A DNA stretch of 64,000 nt from a virus (Duplodnaviria > Caudoviricetes): the IMG/VR virus record IMGVR_UViG_2974709037_000001, positions 6,184-70,183 of that record; one strand, 5' to 3'. The notes below the pieces were generated by a model, which was not told where the DNA came from, made no database searches, and saw nothing but the letters and a program-made list of their open reading frames with translations. This document shows positions 58,081-64,000 of the stretch, in pieces; the stretch's first letter is position 1; each line of letters starts with the position of its first letter. The position numbers and the translations under genes were made by a program.

Positions 58081-58477
58081 TGGCGTTCGATGAAGCTGCC
58101 TACGATCAGGCGGTACACGATTTCGCGGAGCAGAACGGTTACTTGCCGGTGCTGACTGCGATTAATGCCTTGAGCGCGTTTACCGCACAGTATCTCGCTG
58201 ACCACGTTAACGACTAATGAAGTACCTAGCCGAGTGTTTGCATTGCGGAACACGGGCTATGTGATCCGTGTTGTGTGTGTGGTGAGCCTGAGGGTTTGAA
58301 TGACCGTGAGGATTGGGTTGTGACTAACCCGTTGCCGTCGCGGATTAAGAAGAAGCGGGTTATTAACAATCCGTGGCCGCAGGAGAAGCGGTGAGCGCGT
58401 GCCTGGTCGGGTATGACCAGAATGAAGACGTGTTTGTGTATGTGGTCTTTAGTGATCACATGTGCCGAGAATTTGAC

Positions 58478-58560
58478 GGTCTCGTGGCGGAATTGGAAGA
58501 CGCGCCAGCCTCAAAAGCTGGTGGGCTAAGCCCGTGTGGGTTCGAGTCCCACCGAGACTA
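58478..58560 (+). tRNA. tRNA-Leu(CAA)
   Basis: Cloverleaf; CCAGC-CTCAAAA-GCTGG; long variable arm. Confidence 0.9.
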
Positions 58561-58561
58561 C

Positions 58562-58633
58562 GCCACCTTAGCTCAGCGGTAGAGCAGCCCCTTCGTAACG
58601 GGCAGGTCAACGGTTCAATTCCGTTAGGTGGCT
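58562..58633 (+). tRNA. tRNA-Thr(CGT)
   Basis: Cloverleaf; anticodon loop TTCGTAA. Confidence 0.9.
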
Positions 58634-58634
58634 C

Positions 58635-58901
58635 GTGAGTATTCAGAAGCCCGCAGTTGGGCGCATTGTGCATTATCAGTCGTATGGAACGCCTAAGGGT
58701 GAGTACCTGCCTGAGCCGCGCGCAGCGGTGATCACCGCGATTCCGGAACTGTTGCCTGAGCAGCCGAATAGCGGCCCTGAGGGGTACGTGCCTTCGGTGA
58801 GCTTGGCGATTCTCAATCCTACGGGCATGTTCTTTAACGAGTATGTGCCTTATGCGGATGAGCCGACGCCGGGCCATTGGAATTGGCCTCCGCGTGTATA
58901 A
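58635..58901 (+). CDS. Conserved phage protein (PAVGRIVHY...W.WPPRV)
   Basis: Recognisable small phage protein motif. Confidence 0.7.
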   Translation: MSIQKPAVGRIVHYQSYGTPKGEYLPEPRAAVITAIPELLPEQPNSGPEGYVPSVSLAILNPTGMFFNEYVPYADEPTPGHWNWPPRV

Positions 58902-58919
58902 CTAAATAAGGAGATTGTT

Positions 58920-59069
58920 GTGGGTTTGATTTCTGATCCGGTTGAGGTTGATCCGATTCAGGTTGGCCGGGATGAGGCTGGTTGGGTGCAGGAACTTCGG
59001 GACCGTGAGGCGTGGCCTAAGCAGGAGGTTCCGGAGCAGGCTAAGACGCCCGCGAAGGTCGGCAACTAG
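58920..59069 (+). CDS. Small hypothetical protein (49 aa)
   Basis: AAGGAG RBS, GTG start. Confidence 0.5.
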   Translation: MGLISDPVEVDPIQVGRDEAGWVQELRDREAWPKQEVPEQAKTPAKVGN

Positions 59070-59132
59070 TTCGTAAGCTCTATAGACATTGCCAAGGCTA
59101 TGCTTTGAGTATCCTCAAACCGGCAATGCAAT

Positions 59133-59206
59133 CTGGCTGTAGTTCAATTTGGGAGAACGCTGGCTTTGGGTGCCAGTGGTTGCAGGTTCAAATCCTGCCA
59201 GCCAGA
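59133..59206 (+). tRNA. tRNA-Pro(TGG)
   Basis: CTGGC-TTTGGGT-GCCAG; T-arm GCAGGTTCAAATCCTGC. Confidence 0.9.
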
Positions 59207-59210
59207 CCTA

Positions 59211-59498
59211 GGGAAGCATCGGACCCGTACAGTCCGGTGTTGTGGTGACAGAGTGTGAAGTTCGTAGCCGGACTTCAATGTGGCGTGAAGCTCCTAAGCG
59301 GGGGCGGATGGAATCGGTTAGCTACCGTAGCGCGCTGGACTGAGCTTGATGGGGACACATAGCCTACGGTTACCCCTGTTTTGTTTGGACTCGGAGGCTG
59401 GAATACCTCCCCACTTTCCCGTTTTCTTAAGGGAGCACCCTTGCCTTGTGGGCTTGCGGTCCCTTCGGTATGCCATCACCGACTGAACGAGGCTGTAT
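59211..59498 (+). ncRNA. Probable structured ncRNA between tRNA-Pro and tRNA-Trp
   Basis: Dense nested hairpins and no credible ORF. Confidence 0.5.
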
Positions 59499-59571
59499 AG
59501 CTCGGTAGCTCAACTGGTAGAGCAGTGGTCTCCAAAGCCACCGGTTGCAGGTTCGACTCCTGTCCGGGTTG
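59499..59571 (+). tRNA. tRNA-Trp(CCA)
   Basis: GTGGT-CTCCAAA-GCCAC. Confidence 0.9.
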
Positions 59572-59572
59572 C

Positions 59573-59654
59573 GCGGCGGTTGGGCTTGTTGGTTGGCCCG
59601 CCTGACTGTAAATCAGGTGTTTCGACATCGGGGGTTCGATTCCCTCTCGCCGTA
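59573..59654 (+). tRNA. tRNA-Tyr(GTA)
   Basis: CCTGA-CTGTAAA-TCAGG; variable arm. Confidence 0.85.
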
Positions 59655-59657
59655 CGT

Positions 59658-59686
59658 TTGACAGACACGTACAGCCCGTGTACTGT
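59658..59686 (+). promoter_or_regulatory. SigA-like promoter overlapped by GTACA-N5-TGTAC palindrome
   Basis: TTGACA-17 nt-TACTGT. Confidence 0.7.
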
Positions 59687-59725
59687 GATTGAAGGTTGAT
59701 CGCAACGACAGGGAGTTGGGTAGCA

Positions 59726-59962
59726 ATGTCTACGTTCACAATTACCGCGACCATCGTGTTTGAGGTCGAGGCAGATAGCAGCGAGGACGCAGCCGTTAAG
59801 GCTTTCGCGGGTATCGAGTTCCACGCTGAGGATCACAGGCCGGAGAATATTCAGGTCTGGGACTCTGAGCCTGGGCACTGGTTTGCCGACCGGTACACGT
59901 ACGCCAATCCGCCCGTACTCATCGAGTACAAGTCGAACGTGCCTGCCAGCGCTGTGACGTAA
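59726..59962 (+). CDS. Hypothetical protein
   Basis: GGGAG RBS downstream of the promoter. Confidence 0.6.
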   Translation: MSTFTITATIVFEVEADSSEDAAVKAFAGIEFHAEDHRPENIQVWDSEPGHWFADRYTYANPPVLIEYKSNVPASAVT

Positions 59963-59975
59963 GGCAGATTCATCC

Positions 59976-60049
59976 GGAACCGTAGCCCAATTGGCAGAGG
60001 CAATAGGCTTAGACCCTATCCAGTGTGCGTTCGAGTCGCACCGGTTCTA
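59976..60049 (+). tRNA. tRNA-Leu(TAG), short variable loop
   Basis: ATAGG-CTTAGAC-CCTAT. Confidence 0.85.
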
Positions 60050-60120
60050 CGCTAAGTAGCTTAATGGTAAAGCGCCCGGTTGTGGTCCGGGTGATTCCGG
60101 TTCGACTCCGGGCTTAAGCC
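60050..60120 (+). tRNA. tRNA-His(GTG), irregular acceptor stem
   Basis: CCCGG-TTGTGGT-CCGGG. Confidence 0.75.
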
Positions 60121-60122
60121 AC

Positions 60123-60195
60123 GCGCGGGTAGCTCAGTGGTTAGAGCGCTGCTCTGATAAGGCAGGGGTCCGTGGTTCAAATCCACGTTCGCGCA
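60123..60195 (+). tRNA. tRNA-Ile(GAT)
   Basis: CTGCT-CTGATAA-GGCAG. Confidence 0.9.
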
Positions 60196-60259
60196 CGTAT
60201 CACACCTTGTTTAGTTTTGTCAAACAACCAAACGGGCCGAAATGGCATTTTGGTTGTAT

Positions 60260-60331
60260 TGCCTGGTCTTCTAATTGGCAGGATGCCGGAATCTGACTCC
60301 GGTGGTTGAGGTTCGAGTCCTTGCCGGGCAG
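60260..60331 (+). tRNA. tRNA-Gln(CTG)
   Basis: CCGGA-ATCTGAC-TCCGG. Confidence 0.8.
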
Positions 60332-60332
60332 C

Positions 60333-60406
60333 GTGCTAGTAACCCATGTTGGCCGGGTACCTGCCTTCCAAGCAGGGTTTCGCGGGTTCGATTCCTGTCT
60401 AGCACA
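60333..60406 (+). tRNA. tRNA-Gly(TCC)
   Basis: CCTGC-CTTCCAA-GCAGG. Confidence 0.85.
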
Positions 60407-60455
60407 CACTGCCCCCTTCTAAGCCTCTCAGCGATGCTCAAATGGGAGGGGCCTT

Positions 60456-60528
60456 GCCTCGTTAGCTCAGTTGGTAGAGCAGCGCACTCTTAATGCGCGG
60501 GTCGGCGGTTCGAGTCCGTCACGGGGTA
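60456..60528 (+). tRNA. tRNA-Lys(CTT)
   Basis: GCGCA-CTCTTAA-TGCGC. Confidence 0.92.
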
Positions 60529-60529
60529 C

Positions 60530-60700
60530 GTGAATGATCAACGTTGGATCGGTGGTATCGACACCGGTAAGCCTTGTGTGGGCTGTGGTAATCCGCCCGA
60601 TAGGGGTTATGCGTGGAGCTTTTACTGCTCACTGCATGGTGGTTCGTGTGGAGAGTGCAAGCGTATATCGGGCGTGATCGCGTGCCCAATTGTTCATTGA
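60530..60700 (+). CDS. Small Cys-rich protein (56 aa)
   Basis: GTG start; CVGC, CSLH and CGEC motifs. Confidence 0.4.
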   Translation: MNDQRWIGGIDTGKPCVGCGNPPDRGYAWSFYCSLHGGSCGECKRISGVIACPIVH

Positions 60701-60735
60701 TTTAACACACACGTATTCGATGCTGGCTTACGTCA

Positions 60736-60824
60736 GGAAAGTAAAGCAGGCCAATAGGGTGCCGACCGGTCTTGAAAACCGGGTAGCCGTCATGGAGCTT
60801 GGGGTGCGAGTCCTCTGCTTTCCG
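60736..60824 (+). tRNA. tRNA-Ser(TGA), atypical D arm and T loop
   Basis: GGAAAGT/GCTTTCC acceptor; CCGGT-CTTGAAA-ACCGG; T loop TGCGAGT. Confidence 0.7.
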
Positions 60825-60830
60825 CTTTCA

Positions 60831-60902
60831 GGGGTTATAGCTTAGTTGGTAAAGCACCGGTCTTGCACACCGGAGTCCGGGGTTCGATTCCCCGTTTCTC
60901 CA
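60831..60902 (+). tRNA. tRNA-Ala(TGC)
   Basis: G3:U70 pair; CCGGT-CTTGCAC-ACCGG; two U-U mismatches in the acceptor stem. Confidence 0.8.
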
Positions 60903-60916
60903 CTTAAGGGGGTTAA

Positions 60917-61606
60917 GTGTCTGAGGTTAAGAGCCTTTACGGCACGCGTACCTCGAAATACTGGGAGGCCGCTCCGGCGAAGATGGACGCGCTGAATCTG
61001 CGCATGATCTTCCCGTCGAGCAATCGTTATGGCTTCCCGGACTTGGCGCTGTGTGATTGGGTGCCGGACTGCTTGGGTGCGTGGCATCTGCCGCGTCAGC
61101 GGGATCGTGCTGCGGCTAATAACGGCGCTGTGCATTTCTTTTTGGATGACTACCGCTTTGAGACTGCGTTTAGTAGCCCTGAGAGGACCGTGGGCCGAGT
61201 TTTGGCGGTCGGTGGGGCACTGACACCCGATTTCAGTTTGTGGCGTGATATGCCGCGTGCTGGGCAGCTTTGGAATGTGTACCGGTCGCGTTGGTGCGGG
61301 GCGTTCTGGCAGGGCCAGGGCGTGAGGGTCATTCCTACGGCCTGCTGGGCTCGCTCGGACACGTTCGACTTCTGTTTCGACGGGCTCCCGGAGGGCGGGC
61401 CGGTGGCGGTCTCAGCGCTCGGTGTGCGGGCGAATGGTGAGGATCGCGGCGTGTTCCGGGACGGCCTGGCTGAGTTGGTGGCTCGTGTGCGGCCTTCGCG
61501 CATCTTGAGCTATGGACGGCTGGTGCATGTCGACGGGCTTGATCTGCCGCCGGTTCGTGAGTTTCCGACCTTTTGGGATGAGCGTCGTAAGGCGGTTGAG
61601 GCTTAA
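60917..61606 (+). CDS. DUF4417-family protein
   Basis: VHFFLDDYRFE, LTPDFSL, NVYRSRW.G, VIPT, FCFDGLP. Confidence 0.85.
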   Translation: MSEVKSLYGTRTSKYWEAAPAKMDALNLRMIFPSSNRYGFPDLALCDWVPDCLGAWHLPRQRDRAAANNGAVHFFLDDYRFETAFSSPERTVGRVLAVGGALTPDFSLWRDMPRAGQLWNVYRSRWCGAFWQGQGVRVIPTACWARSDTFDFCFDGLPEGGPVAVSALGVRANGEDRGVFRDGLAELVARVRPSRILSYGRLVHVDGLDLPPVREFPTFWDERRKAVEA

Positions 61607-61616
61607 GGGGGTTCTG

Positions 61617-62009
61617 GTGGGCGGTCGCGGTGGTGGTGGCGGTGGCCCGGCTAGTTCCCGGTCGGGCATGGTGAGGTTGTATCACCGGACGCGGGATTGG
61701 GAAGACGCTAAGGCCATCGTTGAGGGTGGTTTCAGTCCGACGTACACCAAGGGCAATAAGGCTACTGCTGATGACTGGTATAAGGAGTCTCAGGGCCAGT
61801 ACGGGTTCTTCACGAAGCGTGTGAGTGGTCAGGATGGTTATGGCCGTCATGTGGTGGCTGTGGACGTGCCTAAGAGTGCTGTTGAGCGTGATCCGTGGTC
61901 GGGGCATGTGCGGGTGAAGACTGAGCATCTTAAGGGTGCTCAGTTTCGGCATCATGCGGGTATGGATCACGAGTATTACGAAGCTAAGCGGCGTAAGAAG
62001 AAAAAGTAA
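61617..62009 (+). CDS. MGGRG-start protein with possible ADP-ribosyltransferase fold
   Basis: GGRGGGGG leader; RLYHRT...GGF...YGFFT...YG. Confidence 0.5.
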   Translation: MGGRGGGGGGPASSRSGMVRLYHRTRDWEDAKAIVEGGFSPTYTKGNKATADDWYKESQGQYGFFTKRVSGQDGYGRHVVAVDVPKSAVERDPWSGHVRVKTEHLKGAQFRHHAGMDHEYYEAKRRKKKK

Positions 62010-62047
62010 AAGCCCCACCCGGCTATGTGCGCGGGTAGGGCTTTTTT
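62008..62047. terminator. Bidirectional terminator between convergent genes
   Basis: AAAAGCCC...GGGCTTTTTT. Confidence 0.75.
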
Positions 62048-62059
62048 CGGAAGAGCGTG

Positions 62060-62341
62060 TTACGGCATGGGAGCGTTCGAGAACGCCTTCTCCCAGCTGC
62101 CACCGATGCCGCCAATGCCGGTGGTGCCGCTGTCTTTGCCGGGCCAGATTTTCTCCCAGATGCCGCCGTTTACGTGTTTGACGGCGCGTTCCCATGCTCC
62201 GGCGAATGGGTTGTTAATGGTGGGCGTTTTGACGGTGCAGGTGCCGGAGCAGCTTACGGTGCCGGGTTGGGCGTTGGCTGCGGGGGCGGCGGCGAGGCTG
62301 ATGGCTGCGGCTGCCATGATGGCTGCGGCGATTTTGTTCAT
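62060..62341 (-). CDS. Small secreted protein
   Basis: MNKIAAAIMAAAAISLAAAPAANA signal peptide; GGAAAGG RBS. Confidence 0.7.
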   Translation of the reverse strand: MNKIAAAIMAAAAISLAAAPAANAQPGTVSCSGTCTVKTPTINNPFAGAWERAVKHVNGGIWEKIWPGKDSGTTGIGGIGGSWEKAFSNAPMP

Positions 62342-62586
62342 GTTGTGTACCTTTCCTGGTTGGGTACAGCTAGTGTACCCGGTACAGGGCATGTACGCAA
62401 CTGTTTGTGTTTTGTAGTTGCTTAGGTGCGCCACTCGCTCATTCTTCCTCCATCCACACGTTAGCGTCGGGCAGGATGCCTTTAAGGTTTTTGACGAGAC
62501 TGCTTGCTTGTGCGTGGTTGAGTCCGTCGAGGACGAACCTGTCGTCGTCTATTGCGTCTTTCATCCAAACAACCCACATGCGTTAT

Positions 62587-62657
62587 TCCTCTGTCGTTCA
62601 ATGGCAGGACGGCTGACTGTTGATCAGCTTATGGTGGTTCGAGTCCATCCAGGGGAG
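62587..62657 (+). tRNA. tRNA-Asn(GTT)
   Basis: GCTGA-CTGTTGA-TCAGC. Confidence 0.85.
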
Positions 62658-62773
62658 CTTATTGGCGATAAATCGTCACCGTGGCCGTAAGGCCGTGCTT
62701 CTCGATTTCGTGCTGTACCGCTTCGGCGGCTAGTTCCCTTATGAAGGTCTTAGCGGTGAGCGGGCCGACTAGC

Positions 62774-63103
62774 TTAAAGTCCTCTATCCACTTGTCTAGG
62801 TCGGTTGTGCACGTCCGCGTCGGACATGGCGCGCTGAGCCGTAGCAATGGCGCTCTGTGCGTATCCGACCTTGCTGGACATGTATGCCCGGTCAAGTAGT
62901 CCGTGAGCGCGGCGCATGAACCGGCTAAAGGACTCGTCAGCTTTGGCACGCTCAGCCCATGCGTGCATCTCTACAATGTCGTCCGCTGTGGGAATTGCGT
63001 CAGGGTCGCTGTGGTCCGCGTACTCGGTGCCGTTGTGTGGAATGCCGAACAGTTCCTTAAGCGTGGCAAGTCCGTCAGCGAGTACGTAAGGGTGTGCGGT
63101 CAT
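62774..63103 (-). CDS. Hypothetical protein
   Basis: GGAG RBS and upstream TTGCGC-17-TACTGT promoter on the minus strand. Confidence 0.6.
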   Translation of the reverse strand: MTAHPYVLADGLATLKELFGIPHNGTEYADHSDPDAIPTADDIVEMHAWAERAKADESFSRFMRRAHGLLDRAYMSSKVGYAQSAIATAQRAMSDADVHNRPRQVDRGL

Positions 63104-63239
63104 GGTGGTTACTCCGTTCGGGGTAGGTGGTTGTGGTGTACCCGTCACAGTACGCGCCATGTACCTAATGCGCAAGCCTTAGCGCTTAGCGATTGTTAGG
63201 GCAGTGGCACTGGTACGAAACCAAGCAGCTTTTTGATCA

Positions 63240-63750
63240 ATCCACACACAGCCCACAACCCACACGCGGCCATCGCCCACAGGGCAACCCATGCCATACG
63301 CCAGGGCACACCACACAGCCCACAGCAGCCATATCCACACATATCCACACACCACACACAGCGCAGCGCTCACAGGGCACACAGCAGCCCGCTAGCAGCC
63401 ACACACAGCCATCCATAGCGCTACGCCATGCCATCGCATAGGGCAGCGCTTAGAGACACACACAGAGCGTCACAGCCACGCGGCCACACACAGCCAGGGC
63501 AGCGCACACCACAGGGCAAGCCACACACACAGCGGCCATAGGGCACACACAGCCCACAGGGCACACCTAAGCCATCACTACCCACACCCACTAGGCAGCG
63601 CCAAGGACACACAGCCACACACACCACAGGGCAGCGCTAAGCCTATGCCCTAAGGCACACACCCATGAGCAACACAAGGCCATCCCCTAAGGGTGCGACA
63701 CACCAGACACACGACACACCGCAACAGTTGACACGCACCATACACACCAT
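63240..63750. repeat. CA-rich low-complexity degenerate repeat region
   Basis: Recurrent CACACAGCC and ACAGGGCA units; strong strand bias. Confidence 0.8.
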
Positions 63751-63990
63751 GTACCATGCCCCACCTTACGGTCGAGCTAACAACATCAAGTGTTTGCTGG
63801 ACACACCCTAACGCATTGTTTCAACTGACACCCGTCAACAAGGCTGTGACCTGCGACGATAGTTAGTGCTTAGGTGTCGAAAACTGTGACTAACCAGGCC
63901 GCTTAGACGTTGCCACAGCGCAGCAAACACGCTCTGACCTGCACAAATGACCCCCTGGGGGGTATCTCGTGACGTTAGCCGGAGCCCTCC

Positions 63991-64000
63991 TCGATCAGCC
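63991..64000 (+). other. Probable right genome end (10-nt 3' cos overhang TCGATCAGCC)
   Basis: Window ends in the sequence I recall as the cluster L overhang; follows a non-coding terminus. Confidence 0.6.

Noticed and set aside
58373-60493. ORFs 58373-58582, 59476-59754, 59510-59878, 60200-60409 and 60275-60493
   Set aside because: They overlap clear tRNA genes
63179-63627. Cys/Val-rich or His/Thr-rich ORFs at the right end
   Set aside because: Translation artefacts of CA/TG low-complexity DNA

Overview
About 64 kb of a temperate siphoviral mycobacteriophage, most consistent with cluster L. This call rests on gene order, the tyrosine integrase, the tRNA cluster and the last 10 nt TCGATCAGCC, which I recall as the cluster L 3' cohesive end. 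The window runs from inside the major capsid gene through head-tail and tail genes, lysis, a leftward accessory cassette, attP/integrase/repressor, a long right arm (replication, recombination, NAD and RNA metabolism), 14 tRNA genes and a CA-rich terminus. The strongest novel signal is at 33874-35654: a DUF2828-type Ro60/TROVE-vWA-like gene followed by three covarying hairpin RNA units that share an ACAGCAATT motif. The middle unit holds a circularly permuted tRNA-Ile(GAT)-like domain. Other signals: a non-canonical 109-nt CCA-ending tRNA mimic in a structured intergenic block, a probable ncRNA inside the tRNA cluster, two dispersed palindromic operator families, an attP core matching only a tRNA-Lys anticodon arm, a NARP1-like NAD reconstitution pair, and a tail chaperone frameshift that must be +1 or -2. 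All calls come from reading the sequence by eye; no searches were run.
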